A stretch of 64,000 nucleotides of DNA from the NCBI GenBank assembly GCA_964016885.1, contig OZ024742.1, positions 142,166,001 to 142,230,000 on the forward strand, in the 5' to 3' direction. Numbering within the stretch: the stretch's first letter is position 1; every line of letters starts with the position of its first letter. The position numbers and the translations under genes are program-made. This DNA is from Eledone cirrhosa. Its lineage: Eukaryota. This document shows positions 28,150-42,939 of this stretch, one piece after another. The notes beneath the pieces were generated by a model, which worked only from the letters and a program-made list of their open reading frames with translations, had not been told where the DNA came from and ran no database searches.

Positions 28150-30057
28150 ACTATTTAGAATATTTAATTAGGTTTATAGTATTTAAATGTTTTTCGTATA
28201 CGGTGATTACAAACTATAATCAGTTCCTGTATTTTATTAATAAATCGTCCTTAGATTTAGTAATTTTCAAGATCTCCCCTGAACATAACCTGCATTCTCT
28301 CCTGTTCCCAAGATATGGAGTTCTTTGTAGAATGGTGTTCCACGATAGCTTGAAATCTATTTTTTTCTTTTTATAGTTATTTACTGCTTCATCTAAAGAT
28401 GTGGTGTTAGCTAGTTTAGTATTGTTAAAACTACTAGAGTGTGCGTAAAATCTTTTCTTAAATGTGTTTGATGTAGATCCTGTATATGTTTTGTTGGAGT
28501 CAGTAGTAGACACAGTGCATTTATATATTACATTATTAATCAAACAGTTGCCATTTAAGGGGAAAATGCTTCTATTTCTGCAATTACAACCATACGTAAG
28601 ATGGTTGTTGTGGGTATCTATACCGTTCTCATTAATCCTTGAACTATTCTTATTGTAATTAATGGTTTAGTGCTAGGGTTGTATTGTGATTTTGTGTTAT
28701 GTTATTTTTGTGTTGGGGATTTGGGTGGTTGTGTTTTCCAGGTTGAAGGATTGTATTATTTGTCCTTTTAAAAAGTGAAGTCCTATTTAAATTATATTGT
28801 GGTGGTGTGGTCATATTATTTTTAAATTTATAAATGTTGTAGTTGCTTATTTTTTGCTGGAGATTGTTTGATGTAGAGTATGAAAATTTAACAGTATATC
28901 TGTTAAATATTTGGTGGTATCTGTGGTTTGGTGGAAAATGTTTATGTAGAATTTTGAAGAATTTTGGGGGGATTTGTCCAATAGTTTGCAAGTTGAAGGG
29001 TGCGTTGTACCATGTTATGTTTCTTTTGCGGTTTTTAGTTAAGTTCTTATTACCACTTATATTAATGTGCTGTGTTCTAGAAGAATTCCTATGGTTAGTA
29101 TCTGTATTTGTGGAATTTGGTAAACTACCGTGGTTGTATTTGGTTTTATTATTGGGTAGATTATGAGAGGTTGAATGTTTGGTAGTCATATGTGAGTTGA
29201 TAACATTGGTCATAGATCGTGTAGTTATAGTTGTTGTGGTTTTTCGGTTGTTTGGTGTCGTAGGAATAACCCCATTAGGTATTTGTTTCAATGGTATTTT
29301 TTGATGTTTGTAGTTTTTGCTAGGTTTTATATTTTGGTCCATAGTAGTGTTGGGGATATATGAGATGTTTTCTTTATATCCACTTCTAGTTAAGGCCTCG
29401 TTGTAAAAGGGTGCATTATTATAAAATATATCTTCATTGGAAGATAATTTAGAAAGTGTAAGAGATATGTTATATACTAAGTTTTTAAGTATAGAGCTAG
29501 GGTGGTTAGAGCGTGGATGCACATAGTATAGATTCTGGTTGGGTTTGTGGTAAGGTTGATAAATATTCGTAGAGAGGTCTAAGGTAACATCAAGGAAATT
29601 AGCTACTTTTGAAGTGTTTTCAAATGTGATTTTAAGGTTTTAGTAGTCCTTGAGGAATTTTCTAATTTGATTTTTGTATTTCTCTATATTGGAATTGCTA
29701 AGATTGTTAGATAAAAATAGACAATCCTCCCGATAAAGACCACCTGTGAGGTGGGGAAAAGAGGAATGAATATTATAGAGGAGAAATAGACCAACGAGGT
29801 CTGTAATTTGAGCAGAGCCCATGGATCCCATCGTAATATCGAATAAGTTGTTATATAGGTTTCTTGTCCAGTGTTCTTCTTGGAAGTTTAGTAAGGTTTT
29901 TCTAGCGTGAGTTATGATGTTGATTTCCTCAGTAGATAAATCCGATCTATTTCTGGCGAAGATCAGTGCTTTGTTTAAAAGAATTGGAGAAATCGAAGAA
30001 TAGTAAAAATCTATGTCGAATTGAATGAATGAAGCTGGGTTTTTATTCTCGATGCTA

Positions 30058-30058
<1 letters not shown>
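28150..30058 (-). mobile_element. 5'-truncated, decayed Naiad-like PLE, same subfamily as 24350-26640
   Basis: FDITMGSMGSAQITDLVG..GGLYRED, SNHPSSILKNL, NITWYNAPF, VIYKC..YTGST..FKKRF, CRLCSGE. Confidence 0.9.
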
Positions 30059-30149
<91 letters not shown>

Positions 30150-30151
<2 letters not shown>

Positions 30152-30310
30152 ATAACGAAGGAAATGTGGTAAGGAACCAGGTGGACCATAACGCACCAAA
30201 GTACTCAATACTTAGGGTAGTAGAGTGGGTAAGCTCAAGCCGTTTCGACGGCTAATTCTGGAATTAGCCGTCGAAACGGCTTGAGCTCAGCCGTCGGGGT
30301 CTTACTTGTT

Positions 30311-30315
<5 letters not shown>
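30150..30315. mobile_element. Fold-back family A remnant
   Basis: agctcaagccgtttcgacggctaattc-tg-gaattagccgtcgaaacggcttgagct, between (TA)n tracts. Confidence 0.8.
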
Positions 30316-30386
<71 letters not shown>

Positions 30387-30390
<4 letters not shown>

Positions 30391-30721
30391 AAAGAATAGA
30401 GGTGTAACACACGAGTTGTGATATATTGGTAAAAGGAAAAGTTTTAGTTTTAATTTTTTACCGGTTGCGCATTTCTAATGCTTTTCAAAAATTATTTTGA
30501 GATAGAGCACCCGTGATGTTTGTTCTAATCTTGATTAGAGCAAACATCACGGGCGCTCTATCTCAAAATTATTTTTGAAAAGCATTAGAAATGCGCAACC
30601 GGTAAAAACTTAAAACTAAAACTGAATACTAACCAATACTTATTAATTTTTACTTAATCCTAATTAAACTGTTTTTCACTGGGAACAATTTATCAGCATT
30701 TTCTTTTCCTTTTACCAATAT
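30387..30721. mobile_element. Fold-back element with a U3-A8 hammerhead-like motif (family E)
   Basis: Arms ~30441-30530/30535-30623 plus outer 19-bp inverted repeats. TTT TTGAAAA GCAT-TAGAA-ATGC GCAA CCGG TA|AAA at ~30572-30608. Confidence 0.7.
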
Positions 30722-30754
30722 ATATATATATATTTATATATATATATGTATATA

Positions 30755-30785
<31 letters not shown>

Positions 30786-30799
30786 TATTGTATAGAAGG

Positions 30800-30850
30800 A
30801 GCTTCTACAGGACTAGTACTGTTTCATTCAGATGAAATCTTCAGGAAGCT
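30800..30850 (-). ncRNA. Type I hammerhead at the end of a pLTR-like segment (30785-31270)
   Basis: AGCTTC CTGAAGA T-TTCA-TC-TGAA-T GAAA CAG-TACTAGTC-CTG TA|GAAGCT. 6-bp stem I; ACTAGT palindrome in loop 3. Confidence 0.8.
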
Positions 30851-31312
30851 GGGTGTCATATTAAGTTCTGGTATTTATACATTTAGGTAGTGGTAAGGGA
30901 GGGGTGGTGGCTGGGGGGGGTAGGATGGTATTTAGATACACAGGACCAAAACATGGCACAGGCCGTTTTTTCTTTGGGGAGTGGTCAATTAGCCAGGGTG
31001 CTTTTTTGAAATAAATAAATAAGTAAATAAATAAATAAATGAATAAATAGATAAATGAATAAATAAATTTAAAAAAAAATAAAAATAAATAAATAAATAA
31101 AAACCCAAGAATAGTAATTCAACAGATATATAGTAGGGAAATTTTTTTAGGTGGGTTGGTAATAGAAGATAAACAAGACCGAATCATGGCACAGACTGAG
31201 GTGAGTGGTCAAGTTAACATACAAGCCACAGGTGGCCAGAGTGTTTTTGTAGAATGGAAAGAATAGAATATATTTACATACTCACAACCACATACATAAA
31301 CACTTAAACACG

Positions 31313-31375
<63 letters not shown>

Positions 31376-31403
31376 GCATACCTATACACACACATATATA
31401 TAC

Positions 31404-31436
<33 letters not shown>

Positions 31437-31456
31437 CACATATATACATATATGTG

Positions 31457-31491
<35 letters not shown>

Positions 31492-31496
<5 letters not shown>

Positions 31497-32066
31497 AACC
31501 AGTAAGACCCCGACAGCTGAGCTCAAGCCGTTTCGACGGCTAATTCTGGACTAAATGAAAATTTATCCTGGTATTTAAATAGCCGATCTTCTCAAGGGGT
31601 AATTCCATATATGGTCAAAGTGATTGTCAAAAATCAGTAGTAATTCTGTGGTTGCAAATTAGTAGGGGAGATGGTGGCTAAACCTGCCAGTAGGAGAAAG
31701 AGGGGAGGGGGTGGAGTAGACCCAATCAAGCGTAGCTGGCACTACCAACGCTTGATTGGGTCTACTCCACCCCCTCCCCTCTTTCTCCTACTGGCAGGTT
31801 TAGCCACCATCTCCCCTACTAATTTGCAACCACAGAATTACTACTGATTTTTGACAATCACTTTGACCATATATGGAATTACCCCTTGAGAAGATCGGCT
31901 ATTTAAATACCAGGATAAATTTTCATTTAGTCCAGAATTAGCCGTCGAAACGGCTTGAGCTCAGCTGTCGGGGTCTTACTGGTTCCTATTACCCACTCTA
32001 CTACCTCAAGTATTGAGTACTTTGGTGCGTTATGGTCCACCTGGTTCCTTACCACATTTCCTTCGT

Positions 32067-32068
<2 letters not shown>
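31492..32068. mobile_element. Longest family A fold-back (~245-bp near-perfect arms) carrying two inverted full HHRs
   Basis: Arms 31492-31733/31749-31989. Flanked by TA/CA microsatellite. Confidence 0.9.
31881..31974 (+). ncRNA. Hammerhead with a U3-A8 core and an extended stem II
   Basis: ACCCC TTGAGAA GATCGGCTA...TAGCCGTC GAAA CGGCT-TGAGCTC-AGCTG TC|GGGGT. Confidence 0.8.
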
Positions 32069-32098
<30 letters not shown>

Positions 32099-32223
32099 CA
32101 CATACATACATATATATATATACACACAAGAAAAAACACACAAACACACAAATATACACACACACACACGCATACACATACACATACATATATATATCTA
32201 CACATACACACGTGCGTATACAC

Positions 32224-32255
<32 letters not shown>

Positions 32256-32425
32256 ATGTATGTATGTCTCTCGGTATAAACTATACTATACATACATATA
32301 CATACATATGCACACACATACATACATACACATACATACACACACACACACACAAACACATACATACACACATATATACATATATACACATACACACATA
32401 CACACACATACATATATATACACAC

Positions 32426-32510
<85 letters not shown>

Positions 32511-33133
32511 CATATATATACACACATATATATATATATATACACATACACATATACAAGCACACACGCATACACATACATACATACAAATAAGTACACA
32601 TAGACACATATGCACAAACACGCACTCGTTCGCACACATACATGTGTCTATAATATAATGGGAAAAGGTAGTGGGACAAATTTTAAACTGGGCCTGATAG
32701 AGGATTAAAATAATTAATATCAAATAACGAAACGAAATTAAATTTCGTTTCGTTTGTAACTCACTTTTGTATGACTGACGCTTAAACAATTAAGTTAAAA
32801 ATGTACATCTACATATGCATACTGAAATACTAGTGTGTATATGAATACACACACGTATACATATGTAGGTGTACCAAGTCTTTCACTGGTCGCTTTACAG
32901 TGAGCGGCCCAGCTATTCTGTATGTAAACATGTATGTAATATCATTACTAAGTTATTAATATTATCATCAAGTAATTAATTACTATTTATTATTTACTAT
33001 TTACCATTCACTATTCGTTACCTATCTTTTATCTTTTATCTATTCATTACCTAATCATTCACTCATTAATTAATAAATAAATGAATGAGTTAACTAACAA
33101 ACAAACAAACAAACAGATAAACAAATAAACAAA

Positions 33134-33164
<31 letters not shown>

Positions 33165-33202
33165 GTAAATAAATAGATAAATAAATAAATAAATAAAGTA
33201 AC

Positions 33203-33233
<31 letters not shown>

Positions 33234-33499
33234 ATATACAAATAAATAGATAAATAAATCTCGAACGTGTGCGTGCAGCAGTTCATAACTGCACGTATGC
33301 AAACATGAGCAGGTATATACGTGAATTTGTGTGTGCGGCCACGGAACTTTACTCAGAGGCATACAACACAATATATAAGACCTGGAGGGGAGGAAAGAAG
33401 GTAATAATGAGAGATAGAGGGGAGGAAAGAAGGTAATAATGAGAGAAGGAGGGACGGAAGTGGGATGGGGGACGGGGTGCGGTGGTGATATGGGGGGGG

Positions 33500-34995
33500 T
33501 CAGTCGGGGAGCCGGGTGGGTCTGTAGTTTTTGTAATTTGCATAGTTCTTGTGCATGCAATTAGGGGAGTGTTCCGAGATCTTGTTGAGGCGGGGGGCCT
33601 TTGGCGAATAGAATCTCATAGCTCTCGGAGATACAGAGGTCACAGCAATTATGGCCTCCCGTATAGGATCGCGCTCTCTGGAGTAGTCTCCATTGGGTCT
33701 TGAAGGGGATGGAGTTCCTTTTAAGGTGCCAGATGTGGGCGGCGAGTGTAGTTTGGTTAGATTTGTCTGGGCGCCGGAACGAATGTGTGTGTGGGCGTAC
33801 CAGCGAGTCTTAAAACTGTTAGAAGTCATCCCGATGTACGAGTTTCTTTTTTCATCGGGGCCTGAGAGTACATCGCATATATAGACGAGATCTTTTTTTA
33901 GACAGTTGTTGTTGAGAGGGCAGGTAGTCTTATCAGGGCAATTGCAATTGCCATCGGTTGCTGGATGGGCTTCGGAAAAAGTAGACTTATTTAGCTTCTT
34001 GATGTTATTGTTGGCTAAGTTCCTAGCTAGATTAGGTGCGGTAGAGTAAGAGAGTCTAATGGTATTCTTATTAAGGATTGTATAGTACCTATGTTGGGTG
34101 GGGAAGTGTTTTTGTAAGAGAGTGAAGAAAATTTTAGCTACAGGTGTTGAAACTTCGCGGTTGAAGGGGGGGTTGTACCAGCTAATGTGCCTTCGCCTAT
34201 TCTTCCTGGGTAGGCGTGGGGCTATACTAAGGTAGGTGATCTTATCTCTAAAGCCGCTGCGGGCCAGGGCCTCGTTGTAATAGGGGGCTGCTGCTCTAAA
34301 GATATCTTCATTGGCGGCGAGGCTAGATATCCTAATGGAGACACTTTTCACTAGGTTGTCTAATATATTTTTGGGGTGATTAGAATTAACGTCTATATAT
34401 CTAAGGAATTCATTAGATTTGTGGTACGGGTAGTAAAGGGAAGTTTCTAAGTCGAGGGTAACGTCTATGAAGTTAGCTTTAGTTAAGTTCGAATCTAAGG
34501 TAATCCTAAGGCCTAAGTTTTTAAAGAAGGTGTAAAGGTTTTTCCTGAACCCCTCCGTGGTCCTTGGGTTGATTTTGTGGAGGGCAAAGAGGGCGTCATC
34601 TCGGTAGAGAGCGCCGGAGAGGCCTGTGAAGAGGGTCTTCAACCTGTGGAGGATGAACAGACCCACAAGGTCACTTATTTCAGCTGAGTCGCTAGCACCC
34701 ATGCTAACGTTGAGGGGGGTCTCAGATTTTTTGTTGATCCAGTGGGATCTGTCATGGTAAAGAAAAGTCTTACGTGCATGGAGGATCACATCCTGCTCGG
34801 CTTCGGTGATTGTGGTTAAGTTCCTGGCGAAGTTAATCGCGTCAATCAGCAGGCTCTCTGATATGGAGGCGTAGTAATCCTCGATGTCTAGCTGCAGGAA
34901 GCGGGTGTTGCTTTTGTCGGGCAAGTCCCGGAACCATGTGATTGCCTCTGATGTCCTATTCCAGAGTGGGAGGGGTGAGGCAGCACGTAGTCTAG
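33500..34995 (-). mobile_element. 5'-truncated, relatively GC-rich Naiad-like PLE (RT + GIY-YIG; frameshift near the C-terminus)
   Basis: LDIEDYY, VSMGASDSAEISDLVG, GALYRDD, SWYNPPF, CNCPDKTTCPL, LVYIC..YIGMT..FKTRW. The 5' end abuts (TA)n. Confidence 0.95.
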
Positions 34996-35027
<32 letters not shown>

Positions 35028-35189
35028 TTTGGTCCGGCAGACCAGAGATGTGAGTTTGTGTCCCATGTATGTCAACACTCATCCTTTTTTCCATTCAGAG
35101 GGTTTTTTTTAAATCCCAACTAACCGACTAATTCAATTTAGTCAAATACGGCGTAAGTACATGTTACTACCTTATATATATATATAATT

Positions 35190-35345
35190 CGTTTTTTAAT
35201 ATGTTTTGCGAGATTTCTTATCTGAAAACGTGTTTTGAAACAGATATTTTTTATATTTTGGGAGCGTCATGCTGCCAATAAAAACACACGCACCTGTTGG
35301 TTTTCACTTCAATTTATTATAAGTTTCTGGTTGGTTGGTTCGATT
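35190..35345 (+). mobile_element. Family B pLTR remnant
   Basis: Matches the reverse complement of 12410-12530 (tctgaaaacgtg..gaaac, tttgggag..tcatg..gccaataa..acacacgcacc). Confidence 0.65.
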
Positions 35346-36164
35346 CGATAGCAATATATGAGACAACAAACAGAGGTACAAAATGTCTTATTAGTTTTCC
35401 GCTTTATATTAGAAAGAGGAGAGAAAGTTCGACGTGTCTTATCCATTCTTCAGTACAAAATAGAGACAGGATCACGATGGAGAAATAGAAAAAGGTCTGA
35501 GTAAAGACAAAAAAAACATTGTGTTAGTTGGATTTTCTATATTATATCAATTTCATGGGTTTTTTATCAGATGGGCGTAAGTCACTAGTATTCGACCATG
35601 AAATCCGTAAACATTCGGAATGCTGTTTACTCCCAGTGGCTATTTATTTCAATATCGTAAAAAGCTGACGAGTGAAAATTAGCACCGAAACATTATTTTG
35701 CACAAGCTATCCTTCTCATTGAACGTGAAAAGAAATATCTGTAAACCTTCCTAACGTTAATAGATAAGCACTTCCCAACTAACCATACATACAGTCATCA
35801 ACTGAAAGTTTATTTTTACTCCACCCCCTAAAAGGTCAAAACTAAGTCCCTACTATCTAACGTAACCGGGTGTCCATGTAGCAGTATAACTCAAAATCTG
35901 TCCTACATTTCTGGTTACCATAAGAACAGAGGACCACAGCATCTGACACCACACCACCCATTATGCAGACAATTACCAATACCTCCTACATAACTACATA
36001 ACATTTTAAAAAACTCCTCAAATAACAAAGTAAAGAGGCTTAACCTTATGTAATTTCTTTTTCTTTTAATTGTTGATCTTTCACAACTAACCAAGTGTTT
36101 ATATATATAACGCACTGTATCTCTCTCTAGTGTGTTACATATATTGTATGTATTACATATAGTG

Positions 36165-37128
<964 letters not shown>

Positions 37129-37506
37129 ATACATATATATACACATATATATACACACACACATATACACACATACATATATATACACACATATACACAC
37201 ACACATATATATACACATATATATACACACATATATATACACATATATACACATATATATATACACACATATATATACATATATACACATACGCACATAT
37301 ACACATACATATATATATACATATATATATATACACACATATACATACACACATACATATACACATATATATATACATACACACATATATACACACATAT
37401 ACATATATATATATACATATATATACATACATATATATATACACATACATATATATACACATACATATACACACACATATATACACATATATACACACAC
37501 ACATAC

Positions 37507-37553
<47 letters not shown>

Positions 37554-37587
37554 CACATATACATATATATATATATATATATACATA

Positions 37588-38203
37588 CAATATATGTTGA
37601 AAAGGTAACACACTAGAGAGAGATACAGTGCGCTATCAATAAAACAGGGAAAAACCACCAGTGTATGGAATCTATAACCTATGAAAGGCAGAGTAGACAC
37701 ACGATAATTAAAAATATTAACTAAAGTGTAAATATATACCTCTATAACTATATATCACACGTACAAATCCAAAAAGATCTGTTTCGCCAGTAAGTTGTTG
37801 ACAGAAATGAAATAACCCATGGTTCATCAGCGTGTGTAAGGCTATACATTTCAGACAACACTAAGAGAATTTAAAGCGACCGTCCAGCTACACGTGGGAG
37901 AGAGAAGTCACAGCGTGTTTAAGGGCAGTGAACCAGTGGCCTCTGAGGGACGAGCTGCTAGAAAGGGAAGCCAAAAGCACTCAGAGAGGTGTGCTCAACC
38001 AAACAGAGAGAGAGGAAATAAGGAGCTAAATATCACGATAAATTAACGGAACCATAGACTCTCGCTATTGATAGCGCACTGTATCTCTATCTAGTGTGTT
38101 ACCTTTTCAATATATTGTATTTTAAAGAGCTCAGGATTTCTTCTCCTTTGAGCACATTATTGACAGGGAATAGCGAGAGTCTATGGCTCCGTTAATTTAT
38201 CTT

Positions 38204-38205
<2 letters not shown>
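37588..38205. mobile_element. Family D pLTR-like repeat with rearranged inverted segments
   Basis: Reverse complement of 19245-19839. Internal inverted repeats at 37588-37640/38066-38120 and 38038-38068/38169-38201. Confidence 0.7.
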
Positions 38206-38240
<35 letters not shown>

Positions 38241-39296
38241 GGAAAAAATGAAACGAAATTTCATTTCTCACTCTTAGTACGGCTGTTACTTAAATATAAG
38301 TATGTATACTTACATACATATATGTATACAGATGTACAGTAGTATGTATATATATATATACATACATGCACACATATATATATATATATGTACGTATTGA
38401 TTCACCGAACATTTATTATAATGCTCGGTGTGTTTGTAAACAAACATCCCGAATTAAGCCGTACAGTGTCTAGCAACCATCGTTGCTCATTTGTTCAACA
38501 CTGACAAAGGAACGCTGTACTAGTTTCAAGCTTATTAGCTATCGTCAGCAACGTATACCTTCCTGCCAGATGGTTGAACGTCTGAAAGTATATACTTTCC
38601 TTATGTATATTAACGGCTGAGCAGCCTAATTTGCATATCGAGTGAGTTAATCGGCCGGGGTACCTAAAACGATAAACGGAAAACAAACATCCCGAATTAA
38701 TTCGGGATGTTTCTTTACAAACACACCGAGCATTATAATAAATGTTCGGTGAATCCATACGTACATATATATATGTGTGTGTGCATGTATGTATATATAC
38801 ATACATACTACTGTACGTCTGTATACATATATGTATGTACGTATACATACTTATATTTAAGTAACAGCCGTACTAAGAGTGAGAAATGAAATTTCGTTTC
38901 ATTTTTTCCGTTTATCGTTTTCGGTACCCCGGCCGATTAACTCACTCGATATACAAATTAGGCTGTTCAGCCGTTAATATGCATAAGGAAAGTATATACT
39001 TTCAGACGTTCAACCATCTGGCAGGAAGGTTGTTGACGATAGCTAATAAGCTTGAAACTAGTACAGCATTCCTTTGTCAGTGTTGAACAAATGAGCAACG
39101 ATGGTTGCTAGACACTGTACGGCTTAATTCGGGATATTTGTTTACAAACACACCGAGCATTATAATAAATGTTCGGTGAATCCATACGTACATATATATA
39201 TATATATGTGTGCATGTATGTATATATATATATATACTACTGTACGTCTGTATACATATATGTATGTACGTATACATACTTATATATATATATATA

Positions 39297-39352
<56 letters not shown>

Positions 39353-39357
<5 letters not shown>

Positions 39358-39632
39358 ATGAAATCGAAAATGCAACTGTAGTCTTATTTTTTTTTAAATA
39401 TATATATTTATTTGGTTCCTTTACCGGTTTCGCAGTTCTTCTGCTTTTCAAAAGTAGAGTTGAGATGGAGGGTCTGTGGTTTTTCTCTCATCTGATGTGA
39501 GAAAAACCACAGACCCTCCATCTCAACTCTACTTTTGAAAAGCAGAAGAACTGCGAGACCGGTAAAGGAACCAAATAAATATATATATTTTTTTTTTAAA
39601 TAAGACCTTAGTTGCATTTTCGATTTCATCTT
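39353..39632. mobile_element. Near-perfect ~280-bp palindrome with a U3-A8 hammerhead (39419-39454, - strand)
   Basis: Centre ~39492. CTT TTGAAAA GCAG-AAGAA-CTGC GAAA CCGG TA|AAG; the opposite arm has GAGA instead of GAAA. Confidence 0.8.
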
Positions 39633-39711
39633 TTTTTCTTTATATTTTCACTCGTGTAGGACACCTCGGTTATATTTCATTTTGTAAAGAAAACCTCACT
39701 TTCTAATATAT

Positions 39712-40052
39712 ATATATAAGAACAAAAGATGGTTAAAAGAGTTCCATGTATTTTATTATGCGCATTTCAAAAACAAACATCATCATGCAATAATATTTGT
39801 GTTTTCATCAGATAAAACAGGAAGACATGATATGAAGGTTAAAAAAACACTTGTGGATAGTGCAGTTTTAAATCAACATTGTTGATATGTTGATTTAAAA
39901 CTGCACTATCCACAAGTGTTTTTTTAACCTTCATATCATGTCTTCCTGTTTTATCTGATGAAAACACAAATATTATTGCATGATGATGTTTGTTTTTGAA
40001 ATGCGCATAATAAAATACACGGAACTCTTTTAACCATCTTTTGTTCTTATAT
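39712..40052. mobile_element. Near-perfect ~340-bp palindrome with two inverted hammerheads (family G): 39751-39817(-) and 39949-40015(+)
   Basis: TTTTAT CTGATGA [36-nt stem II] GAAA TGCGCA TA|ATAAAA. Centre ~39883. Confidence 0.85.
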
Positions 40053-40140
40053 ATTATGTATACTCCAGTCCTACAAACTGTAGAGTGCTTCTTATCTGAT
40101 ATCTGCATTGCATTATTGTACTACAATAAAACTCACCTCC

Positions 40141-40201
<61 letters not shown>

Positions 40202-40927
40202 GGAAAAAATGAAATTTCATTTCTCACTCTTAGTACGGGATGATACTTAAATATAAGTATGTATACGTACATACATATATGCATACAGACGCACAGCAGC
40301 ATGTATATGCATACATGCGCACACATATGTACGTTTGGGTTTACCGAACATTTATTACAATGCTCGGTTTGTTTGTAAACAAACAGTTCGAATTATTAGC
40401 CATACAGTGTTCGGCAACCATCGTTGCCCTTTTGTTCAACATTGACAAAGGAACGATGAACTAGTCTCCAGCGTATTAGCTGTCATCAGCACCGGATACC
40501 TTCCTGTGAGTCGATTGAACGTTTGAAAGTATTTACTTTCCCTATGCATATTAACGGCTCAGCAGCCTAATTTTCATATCGAGTGAGTTAGTCGGCCGGA
40601 TGTACCGAGAACGATAAATGGAAAAATGAAATTTCATTTCTCACTCTTAGTACGTCTGATACTTAAATATAAGTATGTATACGTACATACATATATGTAT
40701 ACAGACGCACAGTAGCATGTATATGCATACATACATGCACACACATATATATGTACGTATAGGTTTACCAAACATAGGTTTACCAAACAGCTCGGTTTGT
40801 TTGTAAACAAACAGCCCGAATTATTAGCCGACTAACTCACTCGATATGCAAATTAGGCTGCTCAGCCGTTAATATGCATAACGAAAGTATATACTTTCAA
40901 ACGTTCAATCAACTGACAGGAAGGTAT

Positions 40928-40970
40928 ACGGTGCTGATGACAGCTAATAAGCTAGAAACTAGTTCATCGT
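40928..40970 (+). ncRNA. Type I hammerhead (family F)
   Basis: ACGGTG CTGATGA C-AGCT-AATA-AGCT-A GAAA CTAG TT|CATCGT. The copy at 38512-38554(-) has stem I ACGTTG/CAGCGT and core CTGACGA. Confidence 0.85.
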
Positions 40971-41109
40971 TCCTTTGTCAGTGTTGAACAAACCGAACAT
41001 TGTAATAAATGTTCGGTAAACCCATACGTACATATGTATGTGTGTGCATGTATGTATATACATGCTGCTGGGCGTCTGTATGCATATATGTATGTATGCA
41101 TACTTATAT

Positions 41110-41140
<31 letters not shown>

Positions 41141-41505
41141 ATTTTTATATTCCCCACCCTCTTCACTATAATAATTATTCCATCCCGCATTAACTTGATT
41201 ATGCATATATCCTACTATATGCCTTATATATAAACATCTTTATTGATATTAAATCCATGAACTATTTTGAAAAAGGACATTATTCACTTATTTCACCTCA
41301 CAATAGTTTTAATTATAATTTTGAAACGCCTGATCCTTTGAAGTAACCACTTTTCCGAATGTTCACGGATTTATTCATAACTTATGACAAGTGTTTGCAG
41401 GTTTTACCTACGCATTTTAATAATGGTCAACAAAGACTATAAAACTAAGAATTCCTTGAAAATCCACCTCACACAATGTATTAAAATCTATAAATTACCT
41501 CTATG

Positions 41506-41537
<32 letters not shown>

Positions 41538-42549
41538 CATACATGTATGCATGCATACATACAAGCATGCGTGCGAGTGTGTGTGTGTGCGTGCGTGTGT
41601 GAGTGTGGAACAGTTCAGATTTTTTAGGATAAACTTACTTAAACGATGTATTTTTATACATGCAGGATATGACAGAAAATTTGATGGAAGCTTCTACGGG
41701 TATCAAATGCCTTGTATTCCTACTGCCATATCCGTTAAGGATCAGCGTAAATGGAACAATCAATTAACCAACAGTTGACAAAACAGTACCCATCACAGTT
41801 AGTGGTGGTGAACCTATGACCTCGTGTGTCACTACTGACACACAATGGACTTGAAAAAAGAATAACTCTTTGCATATATTACTCATCTGTAAACATTTGC
41901 CTAAAACTAAAATACATTTATCCATACAACTGACATTCGAATAACAAGATTATTAAAGAAAAAGTGAAATAATTTCGATATACCAAGCTAAAAGATTCGT
42001 CATAAATGATCTGGGTTAAAAAAAGATAAAAATGTTATAACCTGGAGAGACCAATTTGTATTGACACTGTCTACAGTTACAGTTGCATCTCAAACAACAA
42101 GGCAGCAGATACGTTCAATCCTTTTATTACCATATCTCTAATGCGAAGGCGTTTCAATTAATTTTGAAAATAATCAAATTGTTGTATTAGTAAGCTGATA
42201 CTTGGAACATTACTTGATAAAAATCTCTTACATGAAATTATGAGGGAAAACTTTAATATAAGTAGGAACACTTTAAAACAGATAATTTTATGATAAAATA
42301 GAGGTGGCTTCAGGCGGATTAAATGGTTAAAATATTTTTTTACATTCCGACGTCGAGTGGTGTTTCACTTAAAATCAAATGTTGATTAAAATTGACATCT
42401 CAATAAATGACATATATAAAATCAACTGGTAAGTTTAACTGTTAAAATAATTTATTTCGACATGCGTAGATTTGATTTTAAGTAAAATGTCAAATATTTC
42501 TCTCTCTCCCTATCTCTATTTTTCTCTCTTTCGCTCTCTTCTTTTCCAG

Positions 42550-42690
42550 TCGGCTACTCAGCTGACGAAGTAATTTACAAGTGGCATCCTGGACTAAAAG
42601 AACCTGTTGAAATCGCATCTCACATGACCTTGAACCAATTTGACCTGATTGGTTATCCTGCAAGCAACTTTACTAAACTAATCAAAGACA
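42550..42690 (+). CDS. Internal coding exon of a Cys-loop ligand-gated ion channel subunit (GABA-A/GRD/CG8916-like), extracellular loop B to loop F region
   Basis: Polypyrimidine tract + ccAG acceptor (42548-42549) and GTacgt donor (42691). 141 bp, phase 1-1. Reads (F)GYSADEVIYKWHPGLKEPVEIASHMTLNQFDLIGYPASNFTKLIKD, matching the 'FGY..dEv.Y.W...L.QFDL' pattern of GABA/glycine receptors. Splices in frame to the next exon. Confidence 0.9.
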
Positions 42691-42939
42691 GTACGTATAA
42701 CTATCAATATTACTTATTCATATCTCTCAAGCGTTGGGCTTCTCTGACTATAATTTATATCATTATAGTTCTTGTATCGATTTACACAGACGCAATTTAA
42801 CTTCAAATATAAACACACATACAGATACACGCACACACATGTACGTACATGCACGCACATGATATATATGTGTGTGTATCTCTACGTGCGTTTATATGCG
42901 AAGTTACTTTGTGACTGTGTAAATTGATACAGCTATAAT

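Larger units (their letters stand above)
38236..41110. mobile_element. Cluster of family F pLTR copies in alternating orientation, with four hammerheads
   Basis: A ~430-bp unit starting aaatgaaatttcatttctcactcttagtac is repeated in both directions. HHRs at 38512-38554(-), ~39029-39068(+), ~40453-40495(-) and 40928-40970(+). Confidence 0.85.

Noticed and set aside
41666-41778. Candidate upstream exon after tgcAG
   Set aside because: No Cys-loop motif and no suitable donor. The Cys-loop and M2 exons were not found in the window.
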